NCBI GenBank assembly: GCA_965204725.1 | Contig: OZ242005.1 | Location: 3,168,001 to 3,232,000 of the forward strand | Length of the DNA stretch: 64,000 nt | Origin: Candidatus Latescibacterota bacterium | Lineage (GTDB): Bacteria; Latescibacterota; UBA2968; UBA8231 | Direction: 5' to 3' | Shown: positions 55,760 to 64,000 of the stretch, in pieces | How positions within the stretch are numbered: position 1 is the first letter of the stretch | Layout of the letters: each line of letters starts with the position of its first letter | Notes under the pieces: generated by a model | Told to the model about the DNA's origin: nothing | The model's database searches: none | The model's input: only the letters and a program-made list of their open reading frames with translations | Program-made: the position numbers and the translations under genes

Positions 55760-56824
55760 GTGGCTGTTTCAGGACGACGCGTTCTGAGAATGGGACTCAT
55801 GGGCAGAAAAACGACGTGGGACCTGCTTTATCGCAGCGGTCTCTCGGCCGCCATCGGCCATCGGTACGCCGGCATCGGCTCCATCTTCGCGTTCCACCGC
55901 GTCGTGCCCGAGGTGTCGGCCCATCTGAATGGAGAGCTGTATGTCAGCGTCCAATTCTTGGAAGACTGGCTGGCCGCGCTACACAAGGCCGGCGTCGAGG
56001 TGATTTCCATGAGCGACGCTGTCGAGCGCGTGGCCGATCCGGGCCGCCCTTCCTCCGGGCCGCCCTTCGTCGTCGTCACCTTTGACGACGGATACGCCGA
56101 CAACCTCGCGTATGCCCTGCCGGTATTGGAGCGGTATCAAGCACCGTTCACCGTGCATGTCACAACGGCGTTGGTGGAGGGCAGCGGCTACTTGTGGTGG
56201 CTCGGCCTAGAGCACGTGCTGCGGAGGAACGAGGCGGTTGAGGTTCCGCCGATGGAGAGACGGTTCACGGCCGCGTCTATCGAGGAAAAGGCGTACGCCA
56301 TCGCGCAAGTGGAGCGTTGGGTCTGGGCGGATGTCGCGCAGCGTGCGCCGATGCTGCGCGAGGTGTTCAAACGGTACGGCGTGTCCCTGAGCGCAGTGAC
56401 GAAGGAGGCCGGATTGTCGAGGGAGCAGTTGCGCGAACTCGGCGGTCACCCTTTGGCGACCATCGGCGGTCATACTACCGACCACCCCGATTTGACGAGC
56501 CTCAGCCCATTGCAGGCGTCCCGTGAAATGTCCGATAACAAGACCTTTCTCGAAAACCTCTGCGGGTGCCCGGTCGATCACTTTGCCTATCCCTACGGCG
56601 TTGGCGGAGCGCGGGAGGCGACCTTGGCTGGGAAAGCCGGTTTTAAGACAGCCGTCACCAACAAGCAGGGTTGTCTATTCCCGGACCATCGAGACCACCG
56701 CTTGTTGTTGCCGCGCCACCTATGCCTAGGTTCTAGAATGTGGTTGAGCTTCGCGCATGCCCAGCGGCACGGCGCACGGCATTTTATTGACAGCCGCGGC
56801 CGAGGTCCGGTGGTCGCGCTTTGA
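55760..56824 (+). CDS. polysaccharide deacetylase (NodB-like)
   Basis: FHRV, VTFDDGY.DN, GGHT.DHP.L, FAYPYG. Confidence 0.9.
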   Translation: MAVSGRRVLRMGLMGRKTTWDLLYRSGLSAAIGHRYAGIGSIFAFHRVVPEVSAHLNGELYVSVQFLEDWLAALHKAGVEVISMSDAVERVADPGRPSSGPPFVVVTFDDGYADNLAYALPVLERYQAPFTVHVTTALVEGSGYLWWLGLEHVLRRNEAVEVPPMERRFTAASIEEKAYAIAQVERWVWADVAQRAPMLREVFKRYGVSLSAVTKEAGLSREQLRELGGHPLATIGGHTTDHPDLTSLSPLQASREMSDNKTFLENLCGCPVDHFAYPYGVGGAREATLAGKAGFKTAVTNKQGCLFPDHRDHRLLLPRHLCLGSRMWLSFAHAQRHGARHFIDSRGRGPVVAL

Positions 56825-58188
56825 TTCGCGTTCAGGTCAGGTCCCTAATTGCGTGGCTGCTCCCGGCTTCGGAGCAGCGCGTAGTGCGGCATGCTTTATG
56901 GATATACGCCATAAGGGCGGTACACATCTTGGGCGGCTTGGTGACGCTACCCCTATCCGTCCGGATCCTCGGCGCGGAAGGATTTGGCGTCCTGACCGTC
57001 ATCATCGCCGTTGCTCGCCTCATCTACGGACTGGCTTCTACGTCGGGCGGCGAAGTCATTACAACTTTCGTGATGCGGAGCGTGGCCGAAGGCCGGTCTG
57101 AGGCCGCGTCCATATTTCGTTTTGCCCTAATCGCCTCTGTGGGGCTGAGTTTTGTTGCCTACGCCGTCATTGCCGTCCTGACCTTCACGGCCGGTAGCCT
57201 GCTGGAGATTGACCCAGCATACCGACACCTAATGCTCCTGTATGGCATGGTCGGCCTCTTGACGGCTGTGAATAGAGAATCGCAGGCAGTGCTGCGCTTG
57301 GCCGACCGCCTGCAACTCGGACTGGGCGTCATCGTAGTCGTTACTTTGGGTCGGATCGGCCTCCTTGTGGCGGTATGGCTGACCGGGGGCGGGATCATGG
57401 AGGTCGTTTTGGTATATGTCGCCGTGTCGGCCGTGAACGGGTTGGGGATGTTCGCCGTTGCTACGGCGTCGGCACCGCGGGCCGGCTTGGCCGGCTTCTG
57501 GCGCTCGACGTCGATCAAAGTCCCGCCGGAAGTGGTGCGGTTCTACGCTGGAAGGTACTGGGAGGCAGGCATCAATACGGTGTTGATGAATAATCTGGAT
57601 GTCCTCTTGCTGGCGCGGTTCGCGGACTCGGCCGACGTGGGGCTGTACGGCGCGGCGCGGCGGCTCGTGAACATGGTACGAGATTCAATCGTGCCGGTAC
57701 GCGCCGGGGCGACGCTTGAGTACAGCCGACTGTGGTACTCGGAACGGGGCGCAGAGCTGCGCCGCGTCGTGCTCAGCACCACCGTCTTGTCATGCGCGTT
57801 GTTCGCCGCTGGATTCGGGCTGCTGGCCCTCTTTCGAGAGCCGATCATTCGACTTTTCTTAGGCGGTGAGTTCGCCGGCGTGGCCCCGCTGCTGCTGATT
57901 TCGATTCTGGGGACGCTCAACATCGCCCCCGCGTTTATATCGTTGCCGGCCGCGGTGGGGCGCGTTGGTCCGATCATCCTGTCGGCAACCGTGAGATTGG
58001 CCGTTTTTCTTGCCGCTATGCTGTGGATGGTGCCCGAACACGGCGCGGAGGGAATGGCTTGGGCCAGAACGATATCCGGCTTGGTCGGCCTCCTCATTAT
58101 CACCTCGTTTGCCATCTCGATACTGCGGCAGAGTTACCGGCTGCGCCACGACATTGAGCAGGCAACGACTCAGCAGCCCGGCACATAG
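56821..58188 (+). CDS. Wzx-type oligosaccharide flippase
   Basis: R.LG.E.FG, D..LL......VGLY.AA.R, HG.EG.AWA; about 12 TM helices. Confidence 0.85.
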   Translation: MIRVQVRSLIAWLLPASEQRVVRHALWIYAIRAVHILGGLVTLPLSVRILGAEGFGVLTVIIAVARLIYGLASTSGGEVITTFVMRSVAEGRSEAASIFRFALIASVGLSFVAYAVIAVLTFTAGSLLEIDPAYRHLMLLYGMVGLLTAVNRESQAVLRLADRLQLGLGVIVVVTLGRIGLLVAVWLTGGGIMEVVLVYVAVSAVNGLGMFAVATASAPRAGLAGFWRSTSIKVPPEVVRFYAGRYWEAGINTVLMNNLDVLLLARFADSADVGLYGAARRLVNMVRDSIVPVRAGATLEYSRLWYSERGAELRRVVLSTTVLSCALFAAGFGLLALFREPIIRLFLGGEFAGVAPLLLISILGTLNIAPAFISLPAAVGRVGPIILSATVRLAVFLAAMLWMVPEHGAEGMAWARTISGLVGLLIITSFAISILRQSYRLRHDIEQATTQQPGT

Positions 58189-58223
58189 CAAGGCCGATAC
58201 GGCCAGCGAAACGAGGTTCAGTC

Positions 58224-59774
58224 ATGCAAGCTCGACGCAAACTACCCATCGGCATTCAAACCTTCCGCGAGATTCGCGAGGACAACTGCTACTACGTCGA
58301 TAAGACCGCCTTCATCCGGCGGCTGGTGGACGAAGGCAAGCACCACTTTCTCTCCCGTCCGCGTCGGTTCGGCAAGAGTCTCCTGATTGATACCCTCAAG
58401 GAACTGTTCGAGGGCAACGCGCCGCTGTTTGAGGGGTTGGCCATTTACGACCACTGGGACTGGTCGGTTCGCTACCCGGTCGTGCGGCTGAGCTTCGGCG
58501 GCGGCAACTTCAAGGAGCCGAACTACCTGCACACGAATCTGATGGCGCAATTGGACGCTGTCGAGCGCCGAACTCAGGTGGTTTCCGAATACGCTACGGG
58601 ACCAGAGCGTTTTGCCCATCTGCTTGAAGCGTTGCACGATCAGACTGGGCAGCCCGTCGCGGTGCTGGTCGATGAATACGACAAGCCCATTCTCGATGCG
58701 CTGGAGGAGCCGGCGGTCGCCCGCGCCAACCGCGACTTTTTGCGTGGGCTCTACGGCGTCATCAAGGATAGCGACGCGCATGTCAAGTTCACCTTGCTGA
58801 CTGGGGTGAGCAAATTCTCCAAGGTCAGCTTGTTTTCGGGGCTTAACAATCTCAGAGACATCACCCTAGACCCGCGCTATTCGGCTATCTGCGGCTACAC
58901 GGATGCGGACTTGGACCGGGTGTTCGCGCCGGAACTTCCCGGCTTGGATCGGGACGCGATTCGCGCTTGGTACAACGGCTACAACTGGCTGGGCGACGAG
59001 AAGGTGTACAACCCCTTCGACATCCTGCTGCTGTTCGATCACCGTCGGTTCGGTGCGTACTGGTTCGAGACGGGTACGCCGACGTTTCTGCTCGACATGC
59101 TGGTCGAGCGCGGCGTTGGTTCTTTGGCACTCGACGGGATGCGCGGCGGCGACGCGCTGCTTTCGACCTTCGACGTCGATCACATTGCGACCGAGGCGCT
59201 GCTGTTCCAAACCGGCTACCTGACCATCCAAGCCGAAGAAGACCGCGGCGGCCACCGCTTCTACCGCTTGGGCTATCCCAACCGCGAGGTGCGGCAGAGC
59301 CTGAACGAGTGTCTGCTCAACCGCTTGGCCGAAGACCCCTCGCGCCAAGTCCAGCACAGCATCCGCTTATACGACCTGCTGCTGGTCAACGACTTCGCGG
59401 GCTTGGAGGAGCTATTGCAGGCGTTTTTCGCCGGCATTCCCTACCAGTGGCATATCAAAAACAACATCGCCGACTACGAGGGGTACTACGCCAGCGTGTT
59501 CTATTCGTACTTTGCGTCGTTGGGGTTGGACCTGACGGTGGAGGACAGCAGCAGTCGGGGTCGTTTGGACTTGGCGTTGGTATTCAACGGCCATGTGTAT
59601 CTGTTTGAGTTCAAGGTGGAGGAGGCCGCTTCGTCTGGTGCGGGTTTGGCTCAGTTGCGGGATCGGGGGTATTCGGCCAAGTATGGCGGTTTGGGCTGGC
59701 CAATTTACCTGATTGGGGTGTCGTTCAGCAAGACGACCCGCAACGTGGCCGCCTTTGAGGTGGAGCAGGCGTGA
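58224..59774 (+). CDS. AAA-ATPase-like protein with C-terminal PD-(D/E)XK nuclease (DUF1703 type), copy 1
   Basis: LPIGIQ.F, RPRRFGKS, VDEYDKP, GR.D......FEFK, Q....Y. Confidence 0.9.
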   Translation: MQARRKLPIGIQTFREIREDNCYYVDKTAFIRRLVDEGKHHFLSRPRRFGKSLLIDTLKELFEGNAPLFEGLAIYDHWDWSVRYPVVRLSFGGGNFKEPNYLHTNLMAQLDAVERRTQVVSEYATGPERFAHLLEALHDQTGQPVAVLVDEYDKPILDALEEPAVARANRDFLRGLYGVIKDSDAHVKFTLLTGVSKFSKVSLFSGLNNLRDITLDPRYSAICGYTDADLDRVFAPELPGLDRDAIRAWYNGYNWLGDEKVYNPFDILLLFDHRRFGAYWFETGTPTFLLDMLVERGVGSLALDGMRGGDALLSTFDVDHIATEALLFQTGYLTIQAEEDRGGHRFYRLGYPNREVRQSLNECLLNRLAEDPSRQVQHSIRLYDLLLVNDFAGLEELLQAFFAGIPYQWHIKNNIADYEGYYASVFYSYFASLGLDLTVEDSSSRGRLDLALVFNGHVYLFEFKVEEAASSGAGLAQLRDRGYSAKYGGLGWPIYLIGVSFSKTTRNVAAFEVEQA

Positions 59775-59832
59775 GGCGCGAACCGCTCGAAACGGCCGTC
59801 ATTCATTTTTTAACCCAACGAGGAGATTACCC

Positions 59833-60582
59833 ATGGACCAACCGAACAACGAGTACGACGCTATTGCGGAAGCCTATAAAGCCTCCAAACAACTGTCCTT
59901 TCGGAAGTACATTGAGGAATATACGCTCTTTGCGATCTTGGGCGATATTCGCGGGGCAACGGTCTTGGACTTGGCCTGTGGCGAGGGGTTTTACACCCGC
60001 AAGCTCAAGCACGCCGGGGCGCGAGCCATCACCGGCGTCGATATTTCCGCGAAAATGGTCGAGTTGGCCAAACGCGAAGAACGCAGCCGGCCCTTGGGCT
60101 GCAAGTACCTGCAGCAGGACGTGGCCGAGCTCGAACTGGCTGAACAGGTCAATCTCGTGGTGGCCATGTATCTGTTGAACTACGCCAAGACGCGTGCGGA
60201 ACTGCTCCGCTTGGTCGAGGTGGCATACAAGGGCCTGCAACCGGGGGGCCGCTTTGTCGGGTTCAACGACAATGTCCAGCATGTTCCCACCGGCCTCCAG
60301 TCTTTTGCCCAATACGGATTTGCCAAAGAATGCACCGCAGCTCCTCGCGAAGGCGATGCCATTGTGTATAGAATGACCAATGAGGATGGTACGCAGTTTG
60401 CGTTTGAGAATTACTTTCTCAAACCAGAGACGTATCAATGGGCCTTTCAAAAAGCGGGGTTTGTCGATTTTCAATGGGTCGGTCCCCATTTGCATCCCTC
60501 TCAGCAGCGCGATCCGTTTTGGGATGCCTTTATGGCGCGTCCCCCAATAATCGGCTTTAGCGCGTCGAAGCCCATAGGCTGA
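59833..60582 (+). CDS. class I SAM-dependent methyltransferase
   Basis: VLDLACGEG, GVDIS..M, YLLNYA, L.PGG; AGGAG SD. Confidence 0.88.
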   Translation: MDQPNNEYDAIAEAYKASKQLSFRKYIEEYTLFAILGDIRGATVLDLACGEGFYTRKLKHAGARAITGVDISAKMVELAKREERSRPLGCKYLQQDVAELELAEQVNLVVAMYLLNYAKTRAELLRLVEVAYKGLQPGGRFVGFNDNVQHVPTGLQSFAQYGFAKECTAAPREGDAIVYRMTNEDGTQFAFENYFLKPETYQWAFQKAGFVDFQWVGPHLHPSQQRDPFWDAFMARPPIIGFSASKPIG

Positions 60583-60685
60583 CGGGAGTACGCCCCGAGC
60601 CGCTCGGTCACGCGAAGATAGATTCTCCAAAAAGAAAGGCGTATAATCGAGTCAACGCCGCCCTGTCAAGGAAGGAGGTTCAGCC

Positions 60686-62236
60686 ATGAAAGCCAAGCGG
60701 AAACTGCCCATCGGCATTCAAACCTTCCGCGAGATTCGCGAGGACAACTGCTACTACGTCGATAAGACCGCCTTCATCCGGCGACTAGTGGACGAAGGCA
60801 AGCACTACTTCCTCTCCCGCCCGCGTCGGTTCGGCAAGAGCCTCTTGGTCGATACGCTCAAGGAGCTGTTCGAGGGCAACGCGCCGCTGTTTGAGGGGCT
60901 GGCTATTTATGACCACTGGGACTGGTCGGTTCGCTATCCGGTGGTACGACTTGACTTCAGCAGCGGAAACTACGTGGAGCCGGGCTATCTACAGACCAAT
61001 CTGATGGCGCAATTGGCCGCGATTGAACGCCGGGCTCAAGTAGCTTGCGAGCAGACCACTGCGCCGGAACGTCTCGCCCATCTGATCGAGGTGCTGCACG
61101 AGCAGACCGGGCAGCGGGTGGCCATTTTGGTCGATGAATACGACAAGCCGATCTTGGATGCGCTGGAGGAGCCGGCCGTTGCCCGCGCCAACCGCAACTT
61201 TCTGCGCGGGCTGTATGCGACGATTAAGTTCGCCGACGCGCACGTCAAGTTCACCTTGCTGACCGGGGTGAGCAAATTTTCCAAGGTCAGCTTGTTTTCG
61301 GGGCTCAACAATCTCAGGGACATCACCATAGCTCCGCGTTACTCGGCTATCTGCGGCTACACGGATGCGGACTTGGACGCTGTGTTCGCGCCGGAGTTGC
61401 CCGGCTTGGATCGGGACGCGATCCGCGCTTGGTACAACGGCTACAACTGGCTGGGCGACGAGAAGGTGTACAACCCCTTCGACATTCTCCTGCTGTTTGC
61501 CGAGCGCAAGTTCGGTGCGTACTGGTTCGAGACGGGTACGCCGACGTTTCTGCTTGAGACACTGGTGGAGCGCGGCGTTGGTTCTTTGGCACTCGACGGG
61601 ATGCGCGGTGGTGACGCGCTGCTTTCGACCTTCGACGTGGATCACATTGCGACCGAGGCGCTGTTGTTCCAAACCGGCTACCTGACCATCCAAGCCGAAG
61701 AAGACCGCGGCGGCCACCGCTTCTACCGCTTGGGCTATCCCAACCGCGAGGTGCGGCAGAGCCTGAACGAGTGCCTGCTCAACCGCTTGGCCGAAGACCC
61801 CTCGCGCCAAGTGCAGCACAGCATCCGCTTGTACGACCTGCTGCTGGTCAACGACTTTGCGGGCTTGGAGGAGCTATTGCAGGCGTTTTTCGCCGGCATC
61901 CCCTATCAGTGGCACATCAAAAACAACATCGCCGATTACGAGGGGTACTACGCCAGCGTGTTCTACTCCTACTTTGCGTCGTTGGGGTTGGACCTGACGG
62001 TGGAGGACAGCAGCAGTCGCGGTCGTTTGGACTTGGCGTTGGTTTTCAACAGCCACGTGTATCTGTTTGAGTTCAAGGTGGTGGAGGCCGCTTCGTCTGG
62101 CGCGGGACTGGCTCAGTTGCGGGAACGAGAGTATGCGGCCAAGTATGGCGATTTGGGTTGGCCGATTTACCTGATCGGGGTATCGTTCAGCAAAAAGACC
62201 CGCAACGTGGCCGCCTTTGAGGTGGAGCAGGCGTGA
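60686..62236 (+). CDS. AAA-ATPase-like/PD-(D/E)XK protein, copy 2
   Basis: Same motifs as copy 1; close paralogue. Confidence 0.9.
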   Translation: MKAKRKLPIGIQTFREIREDNCYYVDKTAFIRRLVDEGKHYFLSRPRRFGKSLLVDTLKELFEGNAPLFEGLAIYDHWDWSVRYPVVRLDFSSGNYVEPGYLQTNLMAQLAAIERRAQVACEQTTAPERLAHLIEVLHEQTGQRVAILVDEYDKPILDALEEPAVARANRNFLRGLYATIKFADAHVKFTLLTGVSKFSKVSLFSGLNNLRDITIAPRYSAICGYTDADLDAVFAPELPGLDRDAIRAWYNGYNWLGDEKVYNPFDILLLFAERKFGAYWFETGTPTFLLETLVERGVGSLALDGMRGGDALLSTFDVDHIATEALLFQTGYLTIQAEEDRGGHRFYRLGYPNREVRQSLNECLLNRLAEDPSRQVQHSIRLYDLLLVNDFAGLEELLQAFFAGIPYQWHIKNNIADYEGYYASVFYSYFASLGLDLTVEDSSSRGRLDLALVFNSHVYLFEFKVVEAASSGAGLAQLREREYAAKYGDLGWPIYLIGVSFSKKTRNVAAFEVEQA

Positions 62237-62382
62237 GGATTGTGTGCGTGGTACTAATGACGACCGGAAGGGTATTGAATACGACTTCACAACCCGGATA
62301 CGGTCCTTTACGTTCTAGCCGAGTCCACGCCAGACCCGTTGGTTGAGGTGAACGGGTGCGTCGCCTCGGAAAGGAGTGGGAC

Positions 62383-63939
62383 ATGCAGGCCAAGCGGAAA
62401 CTACCCATCGGCATTCAGACTTTCCGCGAGATTCGCGAGGACAACTGCTACTACGTCGATAAGACCGCCTTCATCCGGCGGCTGGTGGACGAAGGCAAGC
62501 ACTACTTTCTCTCTCGCCCGCGTCGGTTTGGCAAGAGCCTCTTGGTTGATACGCTCAAGGAGCTGTTCGAGGGCAGTGAGGAACTGTTCGAGGGGCTAGC
62601 CATCCACGACGGCTGGGACTGGTCGGTTCGCTATCCGGTGGTACGGCTCGACTTTAGCAGCGGAAACTACATGGAGCCGGACTACCTGCAGACCAATCTG
62701 ATGGAGCAATTGACCGCCATTGAACGTCGGGAGCAGGTGACCGCCGAGTACGCGACAGCACCGGGACGTTTTGCCCATCTGATCGAGGTGCTGCACGAGC
62801 AGACCGGGCAGCGGGTGGCCATCTTGGTCGATGAATACGACAAGCCGATCTTGGACGCGCTGGAGGAGCCGGCCGTTGCCCGCGCCAACCGCAACTTTCT
62901 GCGCGGGCTGTATGCGACGATTAAGTTCGCCGACGCGCACGTCAAGTTCACCTTGCTGACCGGGGTGAGCAAATTTTCCAAGGTCAGCTTGTTTTCGGGG
63001 CTCAACAATCTCAGGGACATCACCCTCGCTCCGCGTTACTCGGCTATCTGCGGCTACACGGATGCGGACTTGGACCGGGTGTTCGCGCCGGAGTTGCCCG
63101 GCTTGGACCGGGACGCGATTCGCGCTTGGTACAACGGCTACAACTGGCTGGGCGACGAGAAGGTGTACAACCCCTTTGACATTCTCCTGTTGTTTGCCGA
63201 GCGCAAGTTCGGTGCGTACTGGTTCGAGACGGGTACGCCGACGTTTCTGCTTGAGACACTGGTGGAGCGTGGCGTCAGCACCTTGGCACTTGACGGGATG
63301 CGCGGGGGCGACGAGTTGCTTTCGACCTTCGACGTCGATCACATTGCCCCCGAGGCGCTGTTGTTCCAGACCGGCTACCTGACGATTCAAGGCGAAGAAG
63401 ACCTCGGTGGGGAAATGTACTATCAACTAGGCTATCCCAACCGCGAGGTGCGGCAAAGTCTCAACCGGAGTTTGCTCAATCATTTGGCGGACAACCCGTC
63501 GCATGGGACGACGTGCAGTGCCCAGCTATACAAACTGCTGCTGGTCAACGACTTTGCGGGCTTGGAGGAGCTATTGCAGGCGTTTTTCGCCGGCATCCCC
63601 TATCAGTGGCATACCAAAAACAACATCGCCGATTACGAGGGGTACTACGCCAGCGTGTTCTATTCGTACTTTGCGTCGTTGGGGTTGGACCTGACGGTGG
63701 AGGACAGCAGCAGTCGGGGTCGCTTGGACTTGGCGTTGGTGTTCAACCGCCACGTGTATCTGTTTGAGTTCAAGGTGGAGGAGAACGCTTCGTCTGGCGC
63801 GGGACTGGCTCAGTTGCGGGAACGAGAGTATGCGGCCAAGTATGGCGGTTTGGGCTGGCCGATTTACCTGATTGGGGTGTCGTTCAGCAAAAAGACCCGC
63901 AATGTGGTTGCCTTTGAGGTGGAGCAGGCGGAGGATTGA
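62383..63939 (+). CDS. AAA-ATPase-like/PD-(D/E)XK protein, copy 3
   Basis: Same motifs as copy 1; ATG at 62383 after AAGGAG. Confidence 0.9.
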   Translation: MQAKRKLPIGIQTFREIREDNCYYVDKTAFIRRLVDEGKHYFLSRPRRFGKSLLVDTLKELFEGSEELFEGLAIHDGWDWSVRYPVVRLDFSSGNYMEPDYLQTNLMEQLTAIERREQVTAEYATAPGRFAHLIEVLHEQTGQRVAILVDEYDKPILDALEEPAVARANRNFLRGLYATIKFADAHVKFTLLTGVSKFSKVSLFSGLNNLRDITLAPRYSAICGYTDADLDRVFAPELPGLDRDAIRAWYNGYNWLGDEKVYNPFDILLLFAERKFGAYWFETGTPTFLLETLVERGVSTLALDGMRGGDELLSTFDVDHIAPEALLFQTGYLTIQGEEDLGGEMYYQLGYPNREVRQSLNRSLLNHLADNPSHGTTCSAQLYKLLLVNDFAGLEELLQAFFAGIPYQWHTKNNIADYEGYYASVFYSYFASLGLDLTVEDSSSRGRLDLALVFNRHVYLFEFKVEENASSGAGLAQLREREYAAKYGGLGWPIYLIGVSFSKKTRNVVAFEVEQAED

Positions 63940-64000
63940 GACGCAACGGAAAAGGGCACCTACCGTGCCTATAACGCATAAGAAACAGAGGTCGGACATG

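Noticed and set aside
29761-63939. Diversity-generating retroelement behind the paralogue variation
   Set aside because: No reverse transcriptase and no adenine-specific TR/VR pair visible

Overview
GC-rich bacterial chromosomal window with no rRNA, tRNA, CRISPR array or intact transposase. The gene repertoire suggests an FCB-group/Latescibacterota-like, possibly host-associated organism; that placement is inference only. 1-24 kb is housekeeping: topA (partial), map, an MBL hydrolase, class II nrdJ with tandem NrdR boxes and nrdR, TPR-exbB-exbD-exbD-tonB, accD, an Omp85 protein, surE, rpmI-rplT-pheST-zapB-zapA-rny-ymdB-xseAB-recN-pgsA. 24-36 kb is accessory: a 148-bp MITE-like element, two very hydrophobic OPT/DUF6785-like membrane proteins, a GNAT, and three tandem FN3-PQQ sugar dehydrogenase paralogues, one with a cytochrome c domain. 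36-44 kb is an ilvC-leuA-leuC-(hicBA)-leuD-leuB-cimA operon with an unannotated Leu/Ile/Val leader peptide. 44-58 kb is a surface-glycan cluster (four GT2, GT-C, sulfotransferase, methyltransferase, HTTM-like protein, deacetylase, flippase). 58-64 kb holds three mosaic AAA-ATPase/PD-(D/E)XK genes and a methyltransferase. The strongest oddities are: an RNase Y with degenerate metal ligands, the FN3-quinoprotein triad with a Met-to-Lys cytochrome c, the ilv/leu leader peptide plus a second uORF, a 6x21-bp in-frame expansion of a GT2 core motif, and patchwork exchange among the AAA-nuclease paralogues. Family assignments come from motif recognition by eye, not database searches.
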